NCBI GenBank assembly: GCA_038127595.1
Contig: JAYPIC010000024.1
Coordinates: 1 to 24,535 of the forward strand
DNA from: a bacterium
GTDB taxonomy: Bacteria; Fidelibacterota; Marinisomatia; Marinisomatales; UBA1611
Direction of reading: 5' to 3'
Length of the DNA stretch: 24,535 bases
Shown here: positions 7,448-15,618 of the stretch, one piece after another
How positions within the stretch are numbered: position 1 is the stretch's first letter
Layout: each line of letters begins with the position of its first letter
Notes under the pieces: model-generated
Seen by the model: only the letters and a program-made list of their open reading frames with translations
Told to the model about the DNA's origin: nothing
The model's database searches: none
Translations under genes and position numbers: made by a program

Positions 7448-9514
7448 ATGATGAAATATTTGCAGATCATTTACCTTTTGCTGCCAATAACTTTGGTGGC
7501 GATTTTATCTTGCGAGGAAGATAAAGGCGATACAAGTCCTCCTGAGGTATCAATTATTTCACCTTTAAATGGTAGCACCGTTAATGAAATAACTAATATT
7601 AATGTTAATGCTACAGATAACGAGGATGTTGATTTTGTCCGCTTTTTTATTAATGATAGTTTAGATAGCTCGCTAGTATCTGCTGAGCCTTACTCTTATG
7701 CTTGGAATACTAATAAATTAGATGATGGCCAATACAAATTATCTGTAATGGCTCAAGATGCTAGTGGAAATACCAGTGATACAATAGAAGCGGTTTATAC
7801 TGTTGACAATACTATTTCGATTCCAACAGCTGTTGAAATTGTGGAAATAACTTATGGATTGAACCTAATGTCAATAAGATTTAATAAATCTCAAGATGCT
7901 GACTTTAGTGAGTATACTATCCTTTCATCAACTAATTCTCAAGGTAATGAAGCAGTTGAACTTGGTAAGATCAATGACATAAACGATACGTTATTTACAA
8001 CAACAGAATTTGATCCTACTCAAGAATCTTGGTATTTTATAAAAGTTTCTGACATATATGGATATTTTGAAATTGGACTAGGCTATAATGTTATAGATAG
8101 TCCTCCAACGCTTTCTACGCTAACTCCTCCAAAATATGAACATGGCACTATCCAGTTTCAATGGTCAACTTGTGAAGATAATGATTTTTATAAATACCAT
8201 TTATATTCGTCTAATTCTGATGATATGTCAAATAAACAACTTCTTGTTACAAACAATATAAGAAATGACACCACACATGCTATTTTGATCGACTTTACTG
8301 ATGAAAAAAAGTATTACCAAATTGATGTTGAGGATCATTGGGGCTTTATAACTTCAGGCAATGTAATTCAAGCTAACCTACCTTATAAAGTGATAAAGAA
8401 TTTTGGTGGAACTCAAAATGATAGAGGATACGCAATTCAATCAACTATTGATGGTTATATTATTGTTGGATCTACGAATTCATATGGTTCTGGAGGAACT
8501 GATGTTTGGGTATTAAAGTTAGGTTTTGAAGGTCAGGAGCAATGGTCTAGAACCTATGGTGGTAGTGGAAATGATGTTGGTAGGGACATAAAGGTAACAT
8601 CAAACCCCGCAGGGTACATAATTACAGGACATACAAGTTCATTTAATTCAAGTGGTAACATAGATATGTGGCTTATAAGAACAGATGAGTTTGGTCAAAC
8701 CTGTTTATATGATGAAGATGGAAATTGTACTGAAAGCCAAGAAAAATGGACCAAAACTTTTGGTTATAGCGGTAATGATTATGGATATAGTGTAACGCAA
8801 TCAGATAATGAGTTTATTGCTGTTGGTAAAAGTTCAAGAATTCCTTCATTCTATGCTGTAAAAGTAAATTCTGAAGGTGAAAAAATATGGGAAAAATTTT
8901 ACGGTGAAGGTCCTAATGATAAAGCTCAGTACATAATTAATACTACGATTCAGCTTCCAAAGTATATTATTGTAGGACAAAGTAATGACCCAAATACATC
9001 AGATAGTGATATTTCTATTTTTGGAATTAATTCAGATGGTAGTGAACATTGGAATAGAACGATTCAATATGGTAATTCTGTAAATGAGCTTGGTAAATAT
9101 ATATTCCCTTTAAGTGGGGGTGGATTTTTAGTTACTGGAGCAAAATATATAAATAATTGGGATGATCTTTTTCTTATGAAAGTAAATAATGATGGTACCC
9201 AATCAGGGAGTTGGTATTATGGTGGTAGTTATAATGAAGTAGGAAACTATGCTCAAGAAGTTAGTGGGGGTTACTTAGTTTCTGGCTATACTGAATCATT
9301 TGGCCAGGGTCTTTATGACGTTTGGATCGTTAAAACTGATTTGGATGGTAACGAGATCTTTAACCATACATTCGGCGGCAATCTGGATGATAAAGCAATG
9401 AGCGGTACAAGTAGTACAGATGGGGATCCTGTAGTTATTGGATATACAAAATCTTTTGGCAATGGTGGTGAAGATATATTTTTTATTAAAGTTGACCAGT
9501 CTTATCAACCATAA
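7448..9514 (+). CDS. Surface lipoprotein: bacterial Ig-like domain, two FN3-like domains and C-terminal beta-propeller repeats
   Basis: Lipobox ILSC; DTSPPEVSIISP...YSYAWNT...DGQYKLSVMAQDASGN (Big-type Ig); two similar units (DADFSEYTI...WYFIKVSDIYG / DNDFYKYHL...YYQIDVEDHWG); repeated GG..ND.G......GYII.G.T.S.G.G..DVW..K....G...W blades. Confidence 0.75.
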   Translation: MMKYLQIIYLLLPITLVAILSCEEDKGDTSPPEVSIISPLNGSTVNEITNINVNATDNEDVDFVRFFINDSLDSSLVSAEPYSYAWNTNKLDDGQYKLSVMAQDASGNTSDTIEAVYTVDNTISIPTAVEIVEITYGLNLMSIRFNKSQDADFSEYTILSSTNSQGNEAVELGKINDINDTLFTTTEFDPTQESWYFIKVSDIYGYFEIGLGYNVIDSPPTLSTLTPPKYEHGTIQFQWSTCEDNDFYKYHLYSSNSDDMSNKQLLVTNNIRNDTTHAILIDFTDEKKYYQIDVEDHWGFITSGNVIQANLPYKVIKNFGGTQNDRGYAIQSTIDGYIIVGSTNSYGSGGTDVWVLKLGFEGQEQWSRTYGGSGNDVGRDIKVTSNPAGYIITGHTSSFNSSGNIDMWLIRTDEFGQTCLYDEDGNCTESQEKWTKTFGYSGNDYGYSVTQSDNEFIAVGKSSRIPSFYAVKVNSEGEKIWEKFYGEGPNDKAQYIINTTIQLPKYIIVGQSNDPNTSDSDISIFGINSDGSEHWNRTIQYGNSVNELGKYIFPLSGGGFLVTGAKYINNWDDLFLMKVNNDGTQSGSWYYGGSYNEVGNYAQEVSGGYLVSGYTESFGQGLYDVWIVKTDLDGNEIFNHTFGGNLDDKAMSGTSSTDGDPVVIGYTKSFGNGGEDIFFIKVDQSYQP

Positions 9515-9853
9515 ATGAATTTTAAATTACATTTAGTATGTTTTTCTATCTTAACCTTTTATGGTTGCTTGGGGCCTTTTAAAAAGAAACCAACCCCGCA
9601 AGTTGATAAAGTTGAACAAATAGTAATAGCACCTGAAATCTCTTTGGACTGGGAGAAAATCATTCCGGTGATATCGAGCAAAGATCAAATTATAAATTTA
9701 ATTGGGAATCCAGACTTCATTGATATTCATAAAATGGGAGAAGATTGGTACTATAGTCACCCTAGAAGTGTGGATTATGGATTAATTAGTTTTCCATCCA
9801 GCGGACATCTAATAGATCATGTGCAATATATAAAATACCCAGAATGGAAATAA
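9515..9853 (+). CDS. Small lipoprotein with an SmpA/OmlA (BamE)-like domain
   Basis: Lipobox FYGC; SKDQIINLIGNPD...EDWYY resembles the SmpA/OmlA pattern (K.QV...LG.P...W.Y). Its ATG abuts the upstream stop (TAAATG). Confidence 0.55.
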   Translation: MNFKLHLVCFSILTFYGCLGPFKKKPTPQVDKVEQIVIAPEISLDWEKIIPVISSKDQIINLIGNPDFIDIHKMGEDWYYSHPRSVDYGLISFPSSGHLIDHVQYIKYPEWK

Positions 9854-9906
9854 AATTATTAGATTTGAAATAGATTTTTTCATATATAAAAAAAGTTAAG
9901 AAAAGA

Positions 9907-11172
9907 ATGTATATGTTTTTATTTAAAATATTTATTTGTTGTTTTGCTATAGTAGGCTCTGTTAAAACCCAAACCGTAGAACTTTTGAATGGATTTTATC
10001 AAAATAGTTCAAAAAATGATTCTATTGAGGTGATTAAATCCGATAAAGAAGTAATTGAAATTAAATTTTCAGATGGCTCAAAAATAAATTTTGGCTTCAA
10101 TGAAAGCATCTATAAAAAAGATAATTTATCTAAAGATGGATACATAGGTGTTAATATCATCAATGAAGGGAAATTTGAACTTTTTTATGACCATAACAAG
10201 AAGACTTTCGAAACGTATGAACTGTTTAAAAAGCCTGGCATTTTAAACAAGATCATAGCTTTTTTAGTTACTAGTGCGCTTTTTATATCAATCTTTCAAT
10301 TTTATTTAAAATTAAATAAGGTTTGGAAACGTAGGGGGATTGCAGAAGTAGCAAACAGTATTTCCATTGTTGCTGCATTACTAGGTTTTGGAGTTGGATT
10401 TCCATTTTTATTAAATAGCCTTTTTATTAGTGGTGATTATCCTGCTGCTGGAAAATCTGTACTAGGTCTTGGTATGGCTGTGATGATGACTCTCATTAGT
10501 ATGGGGTACTTTGTTGAAGAAAATAGGGGGAAAGGATTTTTTAGATTATTGTTTGATGCCCTTGGGGCAGAAAAAAATGAATCAACCGATCTTTTAAGCG
10601 CAATGCTGCGGCCTCATGGGGCTACAAAAATAATTGAGATTTTAACTCAATTAGCTGCAATTGATGATGATGTCGCCCAAGAGGAAATAGATTTGATAAA
10701 TGAATTTGCAGAGCGCTGGCGAATTGACATACCAGAACTTAAACCAGGCGCTCCTGAGAATGTAACAAACCTAGTAGAGCTTAAAGAGCTTGTACAATCT
10801 TATTTGAATGAAAAACCTGATGTTGAGGTTGCACAAAACCTCGTTGATTTGATTAATATGATGGCCGAAGCGGATGATGAGGTTACGGAAGAAGAATCAA
10901 TGGCTGTTGGAGAGTTCACAGGCATGATCGCTCACTATGTCAGTCAAGAGGAGGGCGGCTCAATTGATGCATTTGAAGTTGTAATAGTTCCTCAAAATGA
11001 AAAGCAATCACAGGCTGTTAAAGATCTCATACCAAATATTAATCCTGTCAAAAAGCAAGGAGGTGAGATATTTATAGTAGGTACGTTTTATTCAGAGGAT
11101 TATGCAAATGCTGTTTGCGGTAAGTATATATCTCTGGGTCTTTTTACTAATTCAATTAAAGTAAAGGTTTAG
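9907..11172 (+). CDS. Membrane protein with a 3-TM (PQ-loop/SemiSWEET-like) segment and a C-terminal TerB-like domain
   Basis: Signal-like N-terminus, ~95-aa soluble region, then three TMs with QFYLKLNKVWKRR...SISI between TM1 and TM2. Two TerB-type motifs follow: LAAIDDDVAQEE and MAEADDEVTEEE. Confidence 0.7.
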   Translation: MYMFLFKIFICCFAIVGSVKTQTVELLNGFYQNSSKNDSIEVIKSDKEVIEIKFSDGSKINFGFNESIYKKDNLSKDGYIGVNIINEGKFELFYDHNKKTFETYELFKKPGILNKIIAFLVTSALFISIFQFYLKLNKVWKRRGIAEVANSISIVAALLGFGVGFPFLLNSLFISGDYPAAGKSVLGLGMAVMMTLISMGYFVEENRGKGFFRLLFDALGAEKNESTDLLSAMLRPHGATKIIEILTQLAAIDDDVAQEEIDLINEFAERWRIDIPELKPGAPENVTNLVELKELVQSYLNEKPDVEVAQNLVDLINMMAEADDEVTEEESMAVGEFTGMIAHYVSQEEGGSIDAFEVVIVPQNEKQSQAVKDLIPNINPVKKQGGEIFIVGTFYSEDYANAVCGKYISLGLFTNSIKVKV

Positions 11173-11192
11173 TATATTTAACTACTTATTTT

Positions 11193-12680
11193 TTAGCGTT
11201 TAACTATACCCGGAACATTAGTTTTAATGTATTCAAACGCTTTAGTGCCTTCATATATTTTTGCCTTATTTGGTCTAGTCTCGTTTTCTACAGCTAAAAA
11301 TAAAAGAGTTGATTCACCATCATTTATAAAGTAGTTAAGTAATTTATCTCCAGATAAAGTTGTAGCACCAAGTACTTCCTCAAGTTCAATATTTATATTT
11401 CCCATACCGTTGTAAGATCGATAAATTATTTCAGAACATGCTTGTTTTTCACCGCTGGTTAGATCAAAATCAAAATCATAGTCAAATCCTAAAAAAGAAT
11501 ACAGGCTTTTTAAAATAATTTTAATATCTTCATTTTCTAACTTAGGCCTAAAAGCTATTATTCTGTTTGCGTAACCATTAAGGTAGGAATCCAATGGGTT
11601 TGTCCTTACCCCATCTGAATTGGCTTCAATGATATTATGATCTGGTTTTATATATTGTTTTTGGTTTTCTTTAAGTTGGATCTTGCTCAAAAATTCATTT
11701 TTTTCTTTATTTTGTGGGCCTGTAAAAGCCAGAGCGTGCTTGAAGTACCCGGGTAGGAAAATATTACTGAGATAACCGCTACTAAAAGTGAGAATGATAT
11801 CACCTGGCTCTAAAATTTTTAGAAGCTGTTTTTTTTGCCGCCTAGAAAACTTAATTCCATCTATCAAAGGCATTCTAACATCTGCCATTATAGTAAATAA
11901 AAATTCCTGTATAGCTTTTAATTGTCCACCTGCTTCATCTACCATACTATTTACAGTCTCTTCGATTGTGGCTACCTGCATTATTTCGGCAGCTTCCAAG
12001 GGAAGGATGGTGTAATTATCTAGGATCAATTTTTTATAAGATTCATATTCTTCAGAAAGTGTTTTTGTAAGGGTTATGAGCTCGCTTGTAAAAGGGAATA
12101 GTTCTGTTGGTTTACCTAAGTTATCATTTTCAATTAATTGTCTTTTAAAAAATTCATTAGCAATTTCAATATTTTTGATATTTGTTGGTTCTGTTAAATT
12201 ATTGATGATATAATTAAGGCCATTTCCTTTTATTTCAGTTCTTGGATATTCCTCATTTAGTTTATCAATAAGTAGCTGGTTTCCTGCGGTTTGAATGATA
12301 AGCTCAGCACTATGTTTATAAAGAGAGAGGCTCGCGCAGTAACCTAAAATAAAAGCCTGAGCATTATTTTTTTTAAATCTCGATTTATTAGCAATATCTT
12401 TATAGGCATTTACAATATCTAATAGTGATCTCGTGCAGAGAGTGTATCTAAAATATAAGCGCTCAATTTGATCATATTGTTTGTTTGAAAAATACTTTTT
12501 ACCATTTTTATCCTGAGGTTTGATAAATGATATTTCTGTAATGGTTTTTTCTAGTACATTATTGAATGTTTTGATATGGTTAAAATCATCCTCAGGAACC
12601 CAGCGCTGAGCATATGAATGTGATAAAAAAATGAGGGTGAAAAAGGAAATAACTAAGTTTCTAAACGCTGTTTTTTTCAT
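11193..12680 (-). CDS. Secreted permuted NlpC/P60 (YiiX/YebB-like) papain-fold enzyme
   Basis: Signal peptide (...SYA/QRW); EPGDIILT...PGYFKHALAF (His at 11736-11738), IIEANSDGV and YDFDFD...ACSEIIY (Cys at 11436-11438). The His-before-Cys order marks the circularly permuted family. Confidence 0.82.
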   Translation of the reverse strand: MKKTAFRNLVISFFTLIFLSHSYAQRWVPEDDFNHIKTFNNVLEKTITEISFIKPQDKNGKKYFSNKQYDQIERLYFRYTLCTRSLLDIVNAYKDIANKSRFKKNNAQAFILGYCASLSLYKHSAELIIQTAGNQLLIDKLNEEYPRTEIKGNGLNYIINNLTEPTNIKNIEIANEFFKRQLIENDNLGKPTELFPFTSELITLTKTLSEEYESYKKLILDNYTILPLEAAEIMQVATIEETVNSMVDEAGGQLKAIQEFLFTIMADVRMPLIDGIKFSRRQKKQLLKILEPGDIILTFSSGYLSNIFLPGYFKHALAFTGPQNKEKNEFLSKIQLKENQKQYIKPDHNIIEANSDGVRTNPLDSYLNGYANRIIAFRPKLENEDIKIILKSLYSFLGFDYDFDFDLTSGEKQACSEIIYRSYNGMGNINIELEEVLGATTLSGDKLLNYFINDGESTLLFLAVENETRPNKAKIYEGTKAFEYIKTNVPGIVKR

Positions 12681-12705
12681 AAAGAAAAAGTTATTTTATC
12701 AAATT

Positions 12706-14082
12706 TTATAGTTCTTTAAGGTCTTTTAATAGTTGTTGGAGCATGTCCTTTGCATCCCCGAATACCATTATCGAGTTATCATAACCAAATAATTCATTTT
12801 GAACTCCAGCGAATCCCGTATTCATCGTGCGTTTATTAATAATTACTGTTTGTGATTTATCAACATCTAAAATTGGCATCCCAAAAATAGGAGACGATGA
12901 ATCATGCCTTGCTGCAGGGTTAACAACATCATTCGCACCTAGGACAAGAGCAACATCACAATCTTCAAACTCATTATTTACCTCATCAAGGTCTTTAAGC
13001 TGTTCATATGAAATATTCGCTTCGGCTAAAAGTACATTCATGTGTCCTGGCATCCTTCCTGCAACAGGGTGTATGGCATATAAAACTTTTTTCCCTTTCT
13101 TTGATAAAAAATCTGCAACCTCTCTTACAGCATGTTGAGCTTGAGCAACAGCTAAACCGTATCCTGGAACTACTATAATTTTTTCGGCTGCATCAAAAAT
13201 CATTGCAGCTTCTTCTGTAGAATAGCTTTTAACATTTATTTGCTTTGCTTCTCCGCTTTCGCTAGATCCTTGATCTAATCCCACTGCACCAAAAATAACA
13301 TTAGCAAGAGATCTGTTCATTCCTTTGCACATGATATTTGTTAGTATTAGGCCAGATGCACCAACTAGAGCTCCCGAAATTATAAGAGCATTATTATTAA
13401 GGACAAAACCTGTTGAAGCAGCTGCAATGCCCGAGTAGGAGTTTAATAGAGATATAACAACAGGCATATCAGCACCACCTATGGGAATTGTTAATGTAAT
13501 ACCTAAGACAGCTGATAGAGCTATTAAATAATAAAAATGATTTATAGGGTTTGATGAAAAATAAACCATAAAAGCAGCTGTCGTTACTAAAAATAGTGCA
13601 ATTAATCCATTCAAAATTTGCTGACCTGGAAATACTATAGGTTGCCCACTGATAAATCCTTGAAGTTTGCCAAAAGCTATAAAGCTACCAGTGAATGTTA
13701 GGGTGCCTACAAAAACTGATAAAGAAATAGTTGATAAGCTAAATGTGGATAATATGCCATCAGGATTTAAATACTCAGCAGAGGCGATTAGAGCTGAGGC
13801 TATTCCCCCAAAGCCATTAAAAATAGCAACCATTTGGGGCATTTGTGTCATTTCCACACGTATTGCAAAAAAAGCACCAATTATTGAGCCTATTAATATT
13901 CCAAGACCAACAAGTTCCAAGCTGATATTGCCATTGGCTAATAGGGTAGTGATAATCGCTATGAGCATTCCCATGGACGCGATGAAATTTCCACTGCGAG
14001 CAGTCTTAGGATGGCTTAATCTTTTAATACCAAATATAAATAAGACTGAGGACAAGACGTAAAGTGCGTTTTCTAGATTCAT
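12706..14082 (-). CDS. pntB: NAD(P) transhydrogenase subunit beta
   Basis: MTQMPQMVAIFNGFGG, IGGADMPVVISLLNSYSG, VPGYGLAVAQAQ, IHPVAGRMPGHMNVLLAEA and GANDVVNPAA. Confidence 0.98.
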   Translation of the reverse strand: MNLENALYVLSSVLFIFGIKRLSHPKTARSGNFIASMGMLIAIITTLLANGNISLELVGLGILIGSIIGAFFAIRVEMTQMPQMVAIFNGFGGIASALIASAEYLNPDGILSTFSLSTISLSVFVGTLTFTGSFIAFGKLQGFISGQPIVFPGQQILNGLIALFLVTTAAFMVYFSSNPINHFYYLIALSAVLGITLTIPIGGADMPVVISLLNSYSGIAAASTGFVLNNNALIISGALVGASGLILTNIMCKGMNRSLANVIFGAVGLDQGSSESGEAKQINVKSYSTEEAAMIFDAAEKIIVVPGYGLAVAQAQHAVREVADFLSKKGKKVLYAIHPVAGRMPGHMNVLLAEANISYEQLKDLDEVNNEFEDCDVALVLGANDVVNPAARHDSSSPIFGMPILDVDKSQTVIINKRTMNTGFAGVQNELFGYDNSIMVFGDAKDMLQQLLKDLKEL

Positions 14083-14089
14083 ATTTGAT

Positions 14090-14359
14090 TTACTTCTTTT
14101 TAAACATTTTTAGCATTCTATCAGTAACCATAAATCCCCCAACCACATTCACCGTAGCAAAAATCACAGCCGCAAACCCCAGCCAAGTTCCAATCTCACC
14201 GCCAATTTTAGTTGAAATGATAGCACCTACAACTGCAATACCAGAAATTGCATTTGAGCCACTCATAAGAGGAGTATGAAGTGTTGGTGGAACTTTGGTA
14301 ATTATTTCAACTCCAACAAATATGGCTAAAATAAAAACGGTTAAAATATTTATGTCCAT
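14090..14359 (-). CDS. pntAb: NAD(P) transhydrogenase subunit alpha part 2 (membrane dIIa, 3 TM)
   Basis: VPPTLHTPLMSGSNAISG and NVVGGFMVTDRMLKMF; 89 aa, located between pntAa and pntB. Confidence 0.96.
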   Translation of the reverse strand: MDINILTVFILAIFVGVEIITKVPPTLHTPLMSGSNAISGIAVVGAIISTKIGGEIGTWLGFAAVIFATVNVVGGFMVTDRMLKMFKKK

Positions 14360-15496
14360 TTAAGATTCCTCTAAAAGGTTGCGCGTTGGCTCATGGGTGA
14401 TTGTTCCTTGATGGGTAAATGTTGAGCCAGAAATTATCTCATCGTCCATATCGAAGTTCAAATTATTTTCTTTGGTCATATGTAGAACCAAAGCTGATAT
14501 ATTTTTTGCGTATAATTCGCTAGCATGTACAGGCATGGTTGCCGGGATGTTTGATGTTCCATCAATGACAATCTCATTGTGGGTAATGACCTTATCCTTT
14601 TCTGTAACTTCACAATTTCCCCCATTTTCAGCTGCTAGATCCATAATTACTGATCCAGGTTTCATGAGTTCAACTACATCTTTACCAATCAGAATAGGGG
14701 CTTTCCTACCTGGTATAAGAGCAGTAGTTACAACCATATCAGCTTTAGATATATGCTCTTTTATAAGTTCTTGCTGCTTTTGCTTATACTCATCAGAAGT
14801 TTCCTTGGCGTAACCACCCTCGCCAACTCCATCATCAGATTCTGAGGAAACCTCAACGAATTTTGCACCAAGAGATTCAACTTGTTCTTTTACCTCAGGT
14901 CGCACATCAAATGCCTCGACTTGGGCGCCCAATCTTTTCGCTGTAGCAATTGCTTGAAGACCTGCAACTCCTGCGCCAAGTATTAAAACCTTGGCAGGTC
15001 TAATTGTGCCAGCCGCGGTCATGAGCAGCGGCATATAAACGTTCATGTGAGAAGATCCCATTAAAACTGCTTTGTACCCAGCAATATTAGCTTGGGACGA
15101 AAGTGCATCCATTTTCTGGGCAAGTGTAGTTCGAGGAACAAGATGCATTGACAGCCCAGTAATATTTTTATTTGAAATAGATTTAACTTTTTCAAGTTCT
15201 ATGGTGGGTTGAAAAAAGGACACCAAAATAGAATCTTTAGGCATCAATTCTATTTCATCACTAGTGGGAGCTGCTACTTTTATTATAATGTCTGAATCTT
15301 TAAAAAGCTCATTTGTGGTGTTTACAATGTTAGCTCCAGCATTTTTAAAATTGTCGTCAGAAATAAATGAACTAGTCCCAGCGCCAGTTTCAATGTTAAC
15401 CTCATAACCAGCTTTGATAAGTTCTTTTACGGATTGTGGAGTAGCTGCTACTCTCGTCTCATCATGTATTGTTTCTTTTGGAATAGATATTTTCAT
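14360..15496 (-). CDS. pntAa: NAD(P) transhydrogenase subunit alpha part 1 (NAD(H)-binding dI)
   Basis: PKE...ETRVAATP, PRTTLAQKMDALSSQANIAGYKAV, GAGVAGLQAIATAKRLGA, GEGGYAK and DLAAENGGNCE. Confidence 0.97.
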   Translation of the reverse strand: MKISIPKETIHDETRVAATPQSVKELIKAGYEVNIETGAGTSSFISDDNFKNAGANIVNTTNELFKDSDIIIKVAAPTSDEIELMPKDSILVSFFQPTIELEKVKSISNKNITGLSMHLVPRTTLAQKMDALSSQANIAGYKAVLMGSSHMNVYMPLLMTAAGTIRPAKVLILGAGVAGLQAIATAKRLGAQVEAFDVRPEVKEQVESLGAKFVEVSSESDDGVGEGGYAKETSDEYKQKQQELIKEHISKADMVVTTALIPGRKAPILIGKDVVELMKPGSVIMDLAAENGGNCEVTEKDKVITHNEIVIDGTSNIPATMPVHASELYAKNISALVLHMTKENNLNFDMDDEIISGSTFTHQGTITHEPTRNLLEES

Positions 15497-15618
15497 TTAA
15501 ATGATGTGTTTGACGCGTGAAAGTTAGTATAAAAATTTAATTGAACAATTGGTAAACAATTAAATTAATTTAATAGATTATCATTACATAATTATTATCA
15601 ATAATAAGAATCTAGCTT

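Noticed and set aside
14090..15496. pntA split by a single in-frame TAA directly followed by ATG (possible pseudogene or read-through)
   Set aside because: Three-gene transhydrogenases are well known (Rhodospirillum rubrum, Thermus thermophilus). The break falls at the natural dI/dII boundary and both parts are intact.
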